Below are positions 26,690 through 35,765 of a DNA stretch of 45,202 nucleotides, one piece after another (position 1 is the stretch's first letter; each line of letters opens with the position of its first letter). The notes under the pieces are model-generated. The model saw only the letters and a program-made list of their open reading frames with translations. It did not search any database and was not told the DNA's origin. Where the stretch lies: the NCBI GenBank assembly GCA_023392185.1, contig JAEVZP010000147.1:1-45202 (forward strand), given 5' to 3'. The DNA comes from Bacteroidota bacterium. Its GTDB lineage: Bacteria; Bacteroidota; Bacteroidia; Chitinophagales; Chitinophagaceae. The position numbers were made by a program, and so were the translations under genes.

Positions 26690-28023
26690 AGGCCGAAGTC
26701 GAGGTCTTTAACGGCTTCGTCATACGCGGCCAGGTGGTTTTGTAATTGGGGATCTTCTTTGTCGATAGAGCGGATGCTTTCCCACAGACGGTCCTGTGCT
26801 TCAGTGCACTTCAGCGCCGTATCGTAGGGCGTGTGCGAAAACGACACCATTTCATACACCGAGCGGAAGCGCTCCGGGTATTGCAGGGTCAGTTCCTTTT
26901 CGCGCTTTTTGCGATTGAGGAAATCTTCATCGGCCACCTTATCGCGCATCTCTACGAAGTTTTGCAGCGCCAGGCTGCCTACCGCGTCGCCGTTGGGCTT
27001 GCGCAACCGGCTGTATTCGGGCAACACGCTTGCCCAATCGTCACCGTGCTGATCCAACAGCCCGCTCAGCACACGGACGTCTTCAAAACCGGCATTCATG
27101 CCTTGCCCGTAGAACGGCACGATTGCGTGCGCAGCGTCGCCGATCAGGGCACTTTTATCTTCAAAGAACCACGGCTCGATGCGGGTGGTAATGAGAGAAG
27201 AAGTCGGGTTAGCAAAGAAATCTTCCAGCAGCGTCGGCATCAGGGGTCGTGCATCAGGAAAATGCTTTTTGAAGAAGGCTTCTACCGCTTCCGGTGTTTG
27301 CAGGGCAGCAAAAGATTCTGCTCCTTCAAAAGGCATAAACACCGTGCAGGTATACGAGCCGTCCGGGTTGGGCAGGGCAATCATCATAAACTGCCGGCGG
27401 GGCCAGATGTGGAGCGCGTTGGTGGGCTGCATCCGGAAGCTGCCGTCTTCCGCTGCCGGAATCAACAATTCTTTATAGCCCTGCTCGATATACATCTGCG
27501 AGGCATTCACCCGGTCGAGGTGCGTGTAAGCCGTGCGCAGGGCTGAGAAAGCGCCGTCGGCACCAATTACCAGATCGGCGGTTTGCGTTTCGCCGTCTTC
27601 AAAGAAAAGCTCGTTGGTGTGGACATCCACTCTGGCGCAGCGCTTGTTGAAATGAATTTTCGCACCTTCGGCTTCGGCCAGCGTCATCAGGCGCTTGTTC
27701 AGCTCGCCGCGACTGATCGAGTAAATGGCTTCGCCATTGGAGCCATAAGGCTGGAAAGCCGTGCTGCCGTCGGCCTGATGCAGAAAGCGGCCCGGCATCG
27801 AGATCGCCAGGTCTTCAATGTCCTGGCGCACACCGGCCAGGTCGAGGGCCGCCCAGCCGCGCACGCTCATCGCCATATTGATGCTTTTCCCGGCCGAGAT
27901 ACTGCTGGCCCGCATATCAGGGCGGCGCTCGTACACCGTTATGTCATACCCTCTTTTTCGGAGCACCACCGCCAGCAACGAGCCGACCAGCCCGGCGCCA
28001 AGAATGGTTATGTTTCTTTTCAT
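26686..28023 (-). CDS. kmo: kynurenine 3-monooxygenase (FAD-dependent)
   Basis: The ORF is trimmed to the ATG at 28021-28023 (MKRNITILGAGLVGSLLAVVLRKRGYDITVYERRPD, a GxGxxG FAD fold). KMO-like segments are present: KSINMAMSVRG and GDAAHAIVPFYGQGMNAGFED. Confidence 0.85.
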   Translation of the reverse strand: MKRNITILGAGLVGSLLAVVLRKRGYDITVYERRPDMRASSISAGKSINMAMSVRGWAALDLAGVRQDIEDLAISMPGRFLHQADGSTAFQPYGSNGEAIYSISRGELNKRLMTLAEAEGAKIHFNKRCARVDVHTNELFFEDGETQTADLVIGADGAFSALRTAYTHLDRVNASQMYIEQGYKELLIPAAEDGSFRMQPTNALHIWPRRQFMMIALPNPDGSYTCTVFMPFEGAESFAALQTPEAVEAFFKKHFPDARPLMPTLLEDFFANPTSSLITTRIEPWFFEDKSALIGDAAHAIVPFYGQGMNAGFEDVRVLSGLLDQHGDDWASVLPEYSRLRKPNGDAVGSLALQNFVEMRDKVADEDFLNRKKREKELTLQYPERFRSVYEMVSFSHTPYDTALKCTEAQDRLWESIRSIDKEDPQLQNHLAAYDEAVKDLDFGL

Positions 28024-28077
28024 TTTCTTTTGTTTTACTGTTTCAGACTTCAAAAGTATAACGAAAAGAAAGGAAAA

Positions 28078-28101
28078 GCCCGCCTGTAAAACAGACGGGC
28101 C
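28078..28101 (-). terminator. hairpin downstream of the L,D-transpeptidase lipoprotein gene
   Basis: The stem is GCCCGCCTGT / ACAGACGGGC with one mismatch and loop AAAA. The minus-strand 3' flank is T-rich (TTTTCCTTTCTTTTCG). Confidence 0.5.
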
Positions 28102-28130
28102 TGAGGACCTTATAGGGAAAGAGAAAGCGT

Positions 28131-29498
28131 TTACTTTCCAGCAGTACGCGGTGTTTGAGGGGGAGCACCCACCAGATTTACCGGGGCGGGATACCCTTTT
28201 CCGGAAAGCGCGGCAATGGGAACAAACACTTCTTTTTGACCTTTCACAGTACGGGTGACTTTACCTTTTGGGTTGGCATTTGGCTTCTCCGCGCCGGTGG
28301 TCGTATCGGCTACAGAAGTTTCTACCGCGTCGGCAATAGCGTTGCCCTGCGCGTCGCGGTTCATTTCCGTCAGGGCGGCTACCAGCGCACTTTTTTCAGC
28401 CGCCGGAAGGGCGTCATAGGAAAGATTATACACCTGAAGCACTTTATTGGCATACGCCGTCGTGTTGGTGCCGCGTTCATACACATCGCGATATACTGTG
28501 AGGCCACCATTACCGGCTACAATCGTCTCGTACCGAAGCTCAATCGGAATGGGTTTTGGAAGTTTCTCTTCGGTGGTTTTTCCTTTCTGCGTACCATAAT
28601 TCTGAATCGCGTCCGGCGTCAGGGAGGAAGCGCCGGAAATTTGCGCCAGCGTAGTGGCAAAATCCTGAATCCCTTCGTTGGTCAGACCCACACAGCCGTG
28701 CGAGGCAAAAGAGCCCAGTTTCGCCGGTTGCTTGCCGCCATGAATGAGGCTGGGCAGGCCAATCGGAATTTTAATCGGACCAAGTGGATTGTCTTTGCTG
28801 CCTGCTTCCACGGTTTTGCCGGGGGCAAACTTGCCTTTTACCCAAGGCTCGTCGGGTGGCGTCCAGGTAGGATTGAAAATGATTTTCTCGGCGCGGCGCA
28901 TACCGGCCGGTAAGGGAAATTCCGGATATCCGATGCCCACCGAATAGCTCTTAAGCAACCGACCGTCCTGAAAAACATCCATACGGTAGGCGGGCGCGTT
29001 TACTACAACGCGGGTATCCGTCGGAACCGAATTGGGCTGGGTGGGCAACAGACCTTCAAGGTCGCCGCCGGCGTAGCGCCGCGCCACGTATTGCCGCAGT
29101 TGCAGCGCTTTTTCTTCGCCCAGAATGCTGTTGAGTTGCTTTTCCGCGTTTTGAGACGCCGCACGGGCCGAGCCCAGATAAGCCGTGCCGTCTCCTTTTT
29201 CGTCCAGATCGGAAACCGATTTTTGGGCGGCAGTTTTCAGCTTCTCCACCTGATCGGCAGAAAGAGCCAGCTGGTTTTTGAGGTCTTCGCCAAAGCCTTC
29301 TTCATAAAAAAGCGCGTCCAGCACCGGCAGGGTCAGTCCGGGGGCTACGGGTGGGGCAACCGCAGCGGTATTTCCGGAAACGGTGGTAGTATCTACCACC
29401 GTTGTGCTTTGTTCAACAGTATTGGTGCGGGTCGTCTCCGAGCAGGCCGTCAGTCCGAGGGCTAGAACGAGGGCGAGCGGAAAAAGTCTTTTCTTCAT
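28131..29498 (-). CDS. L,D-transpeptidase (YkuD) family lipoprotein
   Basis: An internal ATG at 29496-29498 gives a classic lipobox, MKKRLFPLALVLALGLTAC. The catalytic region is SLIHGGKQPAKLGSFASHGCVGL. The ORF stays open in frame upstream to 29963 (see findings). Confidence 0.8.
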   Translation of the reverse strand: MKKRLFPLALVLALGLTACSETTRTNTVEQSTTVVDTTTVSGNTAAVAPPVAPGLTLPVLDALFYEEGFGEDLKNQLALSADQVEKLKTAAQKSVSDLDEKGDGTAYLGSARAASQNAEKQLNSILGEEKALQLRQYVARRYAGGDLEGLLPTQPNSVPTDTRVVVNAPAYRMDVFQDGRLLKSYSVGIGYPEFPLPAGMRRAEKIIFNPTWTPPDEPWVKGKFAPGKTVEAGSKDNPLGPIKIPIGLPSLIHGGKQPAKLGSFASHGCVGLTNEGIQDFATTLAQISGASSLTPDAIQNYGTQKGKTTEEKLPKPIPIELRYETIVAGNGGLTVYRDVYERGTNTTAYANKVLQVYNLSYDALPAAEKSALVAALTEMNRDAQGNAIADAVETSVADTTTGAEKPNANPKGKVTRTVKGQKEVFVPIAALSGKGYPAPVNLVGAPPQTPRTAGK

Positions 29499-30153
29499 AA
29501 TGCCAAGCAGGCTATAAAGAATCGTTCCCGACCTGTTTTTCGGAAAATCTCTTTCCTTTTTCCGGAACTGAAAGTAACCTCTTCCAATCCAAAACCATAC
29601 GGGTGCAAACAAAGCGAGCAGGTGAAGCACCGTTATCGCAGACAGGGTTTCATCCACCAGGAATCTACCCAGAAAAAGCGACGCCGCAAGTGGCAAAAAA
29701 GCAAAGGCAAGGGCAGACCGAAATGCGCTGGCGCGAACTGCCGGCAGGCCAACGAGGAACAGGGTTGCGGAACACAGTGCAAGCAGCAGGGCAGTGCCGG
29801 AAAGAATGGTTTCGGTAAAGCCTGGCATATAGCAGTTACGCCGAGAGTCAGCTACAAAAACAGCCTGTAAAAGCGCCGTTAGCACAAGGGTTGTGAGCAC
29901 CGAAAAGCCGACAATGCGCCCGAAGGTTTTCCAGAGAAAGGTTTTCAGATTCATTATTTGCAAAAGGATTCAGAGCGTTTTTAAGATGCGTTGAAAAGCG
30001 GAATCATCGGGCCCCAGTGCATCGTTCAGGGCGGAGATTTCCGGAAATTTCCTGCTTAAAGTGCCCCTTTAAGTATTGGCAAAAAGAGAGACGCCCAAAT
30101 TGGGCGTCTCTGCGAGCGCTGTATCTTTTTTTGCCTTCGCTTTTGATATTCAT

Positions 30154-30207
30154 CTTTCCGCAGAACGCGCCTCTTTCCGCAGAACGCGCCTCTTGGCGCG
30201 TTCCTAC
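30154..30207. repeat. 19-bp perfect tandem duplication (CTTTCCGCAGAACGCGCCT x2) ending in the GAACGCGCC/GGCGCGTTC hairpin
   Basis: The repeat units are 30154-30172 and 30173-30191. The hairpin spans 30182-30204. AGAACGCGCCTCTTGGCGCGTTCCTAC matches 431-457 with one loop difference. Confidence 0.85.
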
Positions 30208-30272
30208 AAAAGCGTTCCCGGGAATTCGTTATTCATCCTGATACCCGATACTTTTGTCTGGATACTTTTTCT

Positions 30273-31019
30273 CTACAAATTCATCCCACCGTCCACACTC
30301 AGGACCTGCCCGGTGATGTAAGTGCTCATATCCGAGGCGAGGAAGAGTGCCGCGTTGGCGATATCTTCCGGTTTGCCGGCCCGGCCCAGCGGAATTTTCT
30401 CCGACCATTTCTCCGATCCGCCTTCTTTCAGAAACTGCGTCATATCGGTTTCGATGAGGCCGGGTGCAATGGCGTTGCAGCGAATGCCGCGCGAGCCGAT
30501 TTCGGCAGCAATGCTTTTGGTAAAACCAATAATGCCCGCCTTCGACGCTGCATAAGCGGCTTGTCCGGCGTTGCCTTTGATGCCCACGATCGAACTCATA
30601 TTGATAATGCTGCCGGCGCGTGCTTTCATCATCGGGCGAATGACTTGTTTGGTCAGGTTATACACCGAGCGCAGGTTGGCGGCCATTACCTCGTCCCATT
30701 GTTCGGCAGAAAGGCGCAGCAAAAGATTGTCGCGGGAGATGCCGGCATTGTTCACGCAGATATCAATCGTTCCAAAGTCGGCAGCGACTTCTGCGGCCAG
30801 TTTCTCGGCGGCGGCATAGTCGCCTGCGTCGCTTTTGTAAGCTTTGGCCCTGATGCCCTGGCTGGCCAGTGCGTCGGCCAGGTTCCGGGCTTTCTCGTCG
30901 CTCGACACATACGTGAAGGCCACATTTGCGCCGTGTTCGGCAAAGGTTTTTGCAATGGCTTCGCCGATACCGCGGGAGCCGCCCGTGATCAGGGCTGTTT
31001 TTCCGGAAAGAAGTTTCAT
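30273..31019 (-). CDS. fabG: 3-oxoacyl-[ACP] reductase FabG (SDR family)
   Basis: The ORF is trimmed to the ATG at 31017-31019 (MKLLSGKTALITGGSRGIGEAIA). SDR motifs are TGxxxGIG, NNAG and YAASKAG (YxxxK). Confidence 0.88.
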   Translation of the reverse strand: MKLLSGKTALITGGSRGIGEAIAKTFAEHGANVAFTYVSSDEKARNLADALASQGIRAKAYKSDAGDYAAAEKLAAEVAADFGTIDICVNNAGISRDNLLLRLSAEQWDEVMAANLRSVYNLTKQVIRPMMKARAGSIINMSSIVGIKGNAGQAAYAASKAGIIGFTKSIAAEIGSRGIRCNAIAPGLIETDMTQFLKEGGSEKWSEKIPLGRAGKPEDIANAALFLASDMSTYITGQVLSVDGGMNL

Positions 31020-31281
31020 AAGGCTAAGGTAGGGTGGGGGCAAAATTTTTTTGATTTTGGAAAATGTTTTCCGTCGTAACATTGCTTCATCATTTCCTAT
31101 GGTGACGGATTTGGCAAAGCAATGAGCCGCGCGAAAAACTTTTTCTCCGCACCCCCACTGTATTTTCCGGAAATCACACCCTGACGCCTTCCCGTTTTTC
31201 CACTGAGGCAGGCCTGAAGCGAACGTGTCGTTCCCGATTTTCCCTTTCGTTACATTTTTATTTTACCGACGTCATTTTTTC

Positions 31282-33894
31282 ATGCCGTACGATTACGCAA
31301 AGCTCAGCGATATGAATGCTGAGGCGCTGGCGCAGATAGCCCGCGAAATGGAGGTTGCCAATTTTGAAAACCTCGAAAAACAAACCCTGATTTACAAGAT
31401 TCTCGATCAGCAGGCCGTGCGCCCGGCGTCTAAATCTTCTTTCTCTAAAGCAACAGAAGTAGTGATTACTGAAAACGCACCGGAAGAAGCGCCCGTAAAA
31501 AAACGCCGGGGCCGCCCTGCCAAAGCCAAGGCTGCGGAAGAAACGCCCGCACCGCTTGACGTGCCGCCGGCTATGGACGCAGCCATTCCACCCGTCGATC
31601 CGGCTGAGCCGGTCATTATCACCGATGATGCCGCCGAAGCCGGGCTGGTAAAAAAACGCCGCACCAAGGCTGCGAAGCCAAAGGCGAAGGCCGAACCGGA
31701 AGCGGCAGCAGAAGCAACACCGGTGACGGAACAGGCAGAAGCCGTTCCCGGGAAAATTCCGGAAAAAACCGAAGAAAAAGTAGCCGAAAAGCCCCGCCGG
31801 GGGAAGGCCGCCCGTGCCAAAGCCCAAACTCCGGAAAAAGAAACAACCGAAGTACCTGCAGCCTCGGCTAAAGAAAGTGCGGCAAAAGAAACGCCCGCAA
31901 AAGGCGCATCGGCAACAGAAGCGCCGGCTAAAGGGGCGGTAGATCGCGCGGTGGCCGCCGACTGGGCCGAAGTATCACGCGAGCAGGAGCGGGGCAATAT
32001 GCAACATGCCGACGAAGCCGCCGGCAACGCACCTGCCGCCGCTGCATCCGAAGAAAAGCCGCAAACGCCAACTCCGGCGCCGCCTGCCCGGCCCCAGGTG
32101 CGTCAGCAGGAACAAACACCGCGTCCGGCAGCCGAGAATGCACCCCGCGACCCGCGCCCGGCACGGGAGCAGCACCCACCGCGCGAACAACAACAGCGGC
32201 CGCAGCAGCAATCCCAGCAACCGCGTCCGCAAGGCCCTGCCGACCGTACGCAGCGTCCGGAAGGCGGCGCACCGCCTTCGCAGCATCCGCACCACCGCGA
32301 GCAGCAGCAACGCACCCCGCGCCCGCAGCATCCACAACAACAAAACGGCGGTATCCCTCAACAGCAGCGCGATACCGGCATTCCCCGTGAAGGCCTGCCG
32401 CACCCGCAAAGCCAACAGCGGGAGTTTCCCCAGCAACGCCCCGACAACCGGGTGCCCCGTGACAGTGCGCCGCAACAATCGCAACAACGCGAGTTCGCCC
32501 CCCGCGAACTGCGCCCGCATTCCGATCAACAGCGTCCGCAGCAACAACAGCAGGGCGAAGCGCGTCCTCAAAATCACTCGCAGGACCACCGGCAACAGCA
32601 ACCCCGCGAGAATCGCCCGGCTGCTCCGCAATCGCAACAGCATCCTGCGTCCAATCAGGGCCAGCAGGCACCGCCGCAACAGCAACAGCAGCAACGCGAG
32701 TTCACACCGCGCGAACCACGCCAGCAGGACGCTCCGCAGCGCCCGCAACAGCAGCCACCGCGCACCCCACCTGTGGAGTTCGACGGTATTGTGAAAGCCG
32801 AAGGTGTTGTGGAGTTGATGCCCGACGGCTACGGCTTTCTGCGCTCCTCCGACTATAATTATCTGTCTTCCCCCGACGATGTTTTCCTGGAGCCGAAGCA
32901 AATCAAATCGCTGGGTCTTAAAGCCGGGGATACCGTAGTAGGACAGTGCCGTCCGCCCCGCGAAGGCGAGAAATATTTCACGCTCACGAAGCTGGAAACG
33001 ATCAACGGCAAAACGCCGGAGGAAATGCGCGACCGCGTGCCGTTTGAATACCTGACGCCGCTGAACCCGTATCAAAAGCTCGACCTGAGTAGCGGCATGT
33101 CTTCCTACAGCACCCGCATTATGGACCTTTTCGCACCGATCGGCAAAGGCCAGCGTGGACTCATCGTGGCGCAGCCCAAAACCGGTAAGACCATGCTGCT
33201 GAAGGAAGTGGCCAATGCTATTGCCCGCAACCACCCGGAAGTCTATCTTATGGTTGTGCTGATCGACGAACGCCCGGAAGAAGTAACCGACATGCAGCGC
33301 TCCGTTCGTGCCGAGGTGATCGCTTCTACCTTCGACGAGCCGGCCGACAAGCACGTCAAGGTTTCGACCATGGCGCTGCAAAAAGCCAAGCGCTTGGCCG
33401 AGGTTGGTCATGATGTCGTGATTCTGCTGGATTCCATTACCCGCCTCGCCCGCGCCCACAACACCGTTGCGCCGGGTTCCGGAAAAGTGCTTTCCGGTGG
33501 TGTGGAAGCCACAGCGATGCAAAAGCCCAAGCAGTTTTTCGGTGCAGCCCGTAAAATCGAAAATGGTGGCTCGCTCACCATTCTGGCCACGGCGCTGATT
33601 GATACCGGCTCGCGCATGGACGAGGTGATCTTTGAAGAATTTAAAGGCACCGGCAACATGGAACTGGCCCTCGACCGCAAACTGGCCAACCGCCGCATCT
33701 TCCCGGCAATTGACTTGGTAGGCTCTTCCACACGCCGCGACGACCTGCTTCTGAATGAGGCCATTCAAAACAAAATGTGGATTCTGCGCAAGCACATTGC
33801 TGATATGAACCCCGACGAAGCCATGAACTTCCTGCTTCAGCAAATGAAAGGCACCAAAAGCAACGAAGAGTTTCTGGCGACAATGAACCGCTAA
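31282..33894 (+). CDS. rho: transcription termination factor Rho with ~450-aa low-complexity N-terminal insertion
   Basis: The ATG at 31282 opens a Rho_N-like start, [25 protein letters not shown]. The CSD-like RNA-binding domain is [21 protein letters not shown]. Walker A is AQPKTGKT. The RecA-type core runs to the C-terminus. An intrinsic terminator follows. Confidence 0.93.
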   Translation: MPYDYAKLSDMNAEALAQIAREMEVANFENLEKQTLIYKILDQQAVRPASKSSFSKATEVVITENAPEEAPVKKRRGRPAKAKAAEETPAPLDVPPAMDAAIPPVDPAEPVIITDDAAEAGLVKKRRTKAAKPKAKAEPEAAAEATPVTEQAEAVPGKIPEKTEEKVAEKPRRGKAARAKAQTPEKETTEVPAASAKESAAKETPAKGASATEAPAKGAVDRAVAADWAEVSREQERGNMQHADEAAGNAPAAAASEEKPQTPTPAPPARPQVRQQEQTPRPAAENAPRDPRPAREQHPPREQQQRPQQQSQQPRPQGPADRTQRPEGGAPPSQHPHHREQQQRTPRPQHPQQQNGGIPQQQRDTGIPREGLPHPQSQQREFPQQRPDNRVPRDSAPQQSQQREFAPRELRPHSDQQRPQQQQQGEARPQNHSQDHRQQQPRENRPAAPQSQQHPASNQGQQAPPQQQQQQREFTPREPRQQDAPQRPQQQPPRTPPVEFDGIVKAEGVVELMPDGYGFLRSSDYNYLSSPDDVFLEPKQIKSLGLKAGDTVVGQCRPPREGEKYFTLTKLETINGKTPEEMRDRVPFEYLTPLNPYQKLDLSSGMSSYSTRIMDLFAPIGKGQRGLIVAQPKTGKTMLLKEVANAIARNHPEVYLMVVLIDERPEEVTDMQRSVRAEVIASTFDEPADKHVKVSTMALQKAKRLAEVGHDVVILLDSITRLARAHNTVAPGSGKVLSGGVEATAMQKPKQFFGAARKIENGGSLTILATALIDTGSRMDEVIFEEFKGTGNMELALDRKLANRRIFPAIDLVGSSTRRDDLLLNEAIQNKMWILRKHIADMNPDEAMNFLLQQMKGTKSNEEFLATMNR

Positions 33895-33927
33895 AAGTGT
33901 TTTTTGGAAAGAAGTTTCCGGAAAAAG

Positions 33928-33965
33928 GAGGGCTGCCTTTGCAAAGACAGCCCTCTTTGTTTTGG
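33928..33965 (+). terminator. intrinsic terminator of rho
   Basis: The stem is GAGGGCTGCCTTTG / CAAAGACAGCCCTC with one mismatch. It is followed by TTTGTTTTGG. Confidence 0.7.
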
Positions 33966-34295
33966 GGACTCTCCTATGCCGTTTAGGCATCTGAAGCACG
34001 CTTCATTGGTCTCAAGCCCCGCTTCAGGGGGAAGTGAGGAGCCAGTGCGGAGTATAAGTTTTGAGTGTCTATCTGGTAGTATCCGCCGTTGTCATACTAC
34101 GATCCCGCTTTTGAAATGCTGCTGTGTTACCAGCGAATACCACCTGGAAACCGAATCTACGCGTTGCTGTGCTCGGCATACCGGCTTTCCTTGAATTGCC
34201 TTTTGGAAATAGCGGATGCGCAGGAATCTATTTGCCCTGTTCGCCTTTTGGATGTTTATTGAATGTCTCTCGTTGTTGAGTCACCTCACCAATTG

Positions 34296-34368
34296 TTTTG
34301 TCACCCTGCCGAAAGGCAGGGTCTTACCAGCAGCTTCTGAGATTCCGCCTTTCGGCGGAAGGACAAAA
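34296..34368. repeat. MITE/REP-like palindromic element, copy 1 (TTTTGTCACCC ... GGACAAAA with two internal hairpins)
   Basis: The sequence is TTTTGTCACCCTGCCGAAAGGCAGGGTCTTACCAGCAGCTTCTGAGATTCCGCCTTTCGGCGGAAGGACAAAA. Confidence 0.8.
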
Positions 34369-34548
34369 CGAAGGGAATGCTAAAACGGGAAGCACAAAGC
34401 GCGTGACAGCAAAGAACGGATTGACCCAAACCAGCTCTGTTCTTGCGGTTCCTTACAACGGTCCCGTCGCAAGAATGCGATAAGCAAATCAGTATTTCGC
34501 CGTTCTACCCTTAAAAACAACTGCAAGAGCGAAGTGCATATGCGCCTG

Positions 34549-35601
34549 TTATTCCCCCAAAATGCGCAATTGCTTTTGAACGCTGCTCAGGTGAATCAGC
34601 TGAAACAAATCGGCGACCTCAGAAGGCTCCAGGCCGTGCAGCAGTGCCCATTCGCTGCGGGTACGCAAAATCTCGCGCCAGCGCTCCGGCTGAAAAGCCG
34701 TCATGCCCTGTGTTTTTTTGATCTCGCCGATTTGCCGCGACAGGTCAAAGCGGCGGCCCAGCAGGTGCACCATCTCAGCGTCAATGGCGTCCATTTGACT
34801 GCGCAGGGCCGAGAGGCGTTCGTCGCCTTCGCAAGGGGTGCGTCGCACCACCAGCCGCGACAAAATCTGCCGCAGCGTTTCGGGGGTCACCTGCTGTGCG
34901 GCATCGCTCAGTGCCTTATCAGGATCGGCGTGGGTTTCAATCATCAGCCCGTCGAAGCCGAGGTCAAGCGCCTTTTGCGAAACCGGCTCAATGCCCGGGC
35001 GATTTCCGGAAATATGGCTTGGGTCGCAGATGATTTTGAGGTCAGGGCGGCGGCGGCGCAGCTCGATTGGAACGGCCCACGACGGCGGATTGCGAAACGG
35101 CGAAGCAGCGCCATAACCCGGAAAGCCGCGGTGAATGGCCCAGACGTCGGCAAAGCCGGCGCGCTCCATGCGCTCGATGCCGCCCAGCCACAGATCGGCA
35201 TCGGGAATCACCGGGTTTTTAACCAAAACCTGCACGGGTGCGCCGCGCAAAGCATCCGCCAGTTGTTGCACCGAAAAAGGATTGACCGTTGTGCGTGCGC
35301 CAATCCAAACGGCATCCACACCGGCTTTGAGGGCGGCTTCCACATGCCCGGCGTCGGCCACTTCTACCGCTACCGGAAATCCGTACTGTTCTCGTACTTC
35401 TGTCAGCCAGGAAAGGGCTTCCGGGCCAACTCCTTCAAAAGCACCTGGCCGGGTGCGCGGCTTCCAGACACCCGCCCGGAAGAAGCGCAGGGGCAGGTCT
35501 TCCATTCCGGCTGCCGTCGCCAGCACCTGTGCGCGCGATTCGGCGCTACACGGGCCGGCAATAAGGGTGAAATCGGGCGCTGCGGAATCAATAGGGTCCA
35601 T
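34549..35601 (-). CDS. bifunctional 3-deoxy-7-phosphoheptulonate synthase / chorismate mutase
   Basis: The ATG is at 35599-35601. The DAHPS type I-beta body includes LIAGPCSAESRAQVL and FRAGVWKPRTRPGAFEGVG. The C-terminal chorismate mutase type II segment is LRSQMDAIDAEMVHLLGRRFDLSRQIGEIKK. Confidence 0.85.
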   Translation of the reverse strand: MDPIDSAAPDFTLIAGPCSAESRAQVLATAAGMEDLPLRFFRAGVWKPRTRPGAFEGVGPEALSWLTEVREQYGFPVAVEVADAGHVEAALKAGVDAVWIGARTTVNPFSVQQLADALRGAPVQVLVKNPVIPDADLWLGGIERMERAGFADVWAIHRGFPGYGAASPFRNPPSWAVPIELRRRRPDLKIICDPSHISGNRPGIEPVSQKALDLGFDGLMIETHADPDKALSDAAQQVTPETLRQILSRLVVRRTPCEGDERLSALRSQMDAIDAEMVHLLGRRFDLSRQIGEIKKTQGMTAFQPERWREILRTRSEWALLHGLEPSEVADLFQLIHLSSVQKQLRILGE

Positions 35602-35765
35602 AACCAAAGCGCAAAATTAGCGACGGCTTTCCCTAAGAAACTGTTGAGAATAAACGCTCCTTTGCGCTTGTGAAAAGGGACGGGAAAAGTGGTTTTGGAG
35701 TTCCGGGGCTTTTCAAAGGCCTTTACCTTCGCCGTCTCAAATCGTTCGCTTCCAAAAGCTCCTTC

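Noticed and set aside
33895-34548. I looked for tRNA, tmRNA, SRP (4.5S) RNA, RNase P RNA or 6S RNA in the large rho/DAHP-synthase gap. ACCAGCGAATACCACCTGGAAACC vaguely recalls the SRP domain IV region.
   Set aside because: I found no GGTTCGAATCC-type T-arm, no GAGGAAAGTCC RNase P motif, and no SRP GGAA-tetraloop/AGCAGCC symmetric-loop pattern. The resemblance is too weak to call by eye. The gap is kept only as an unexplained-gap finding.
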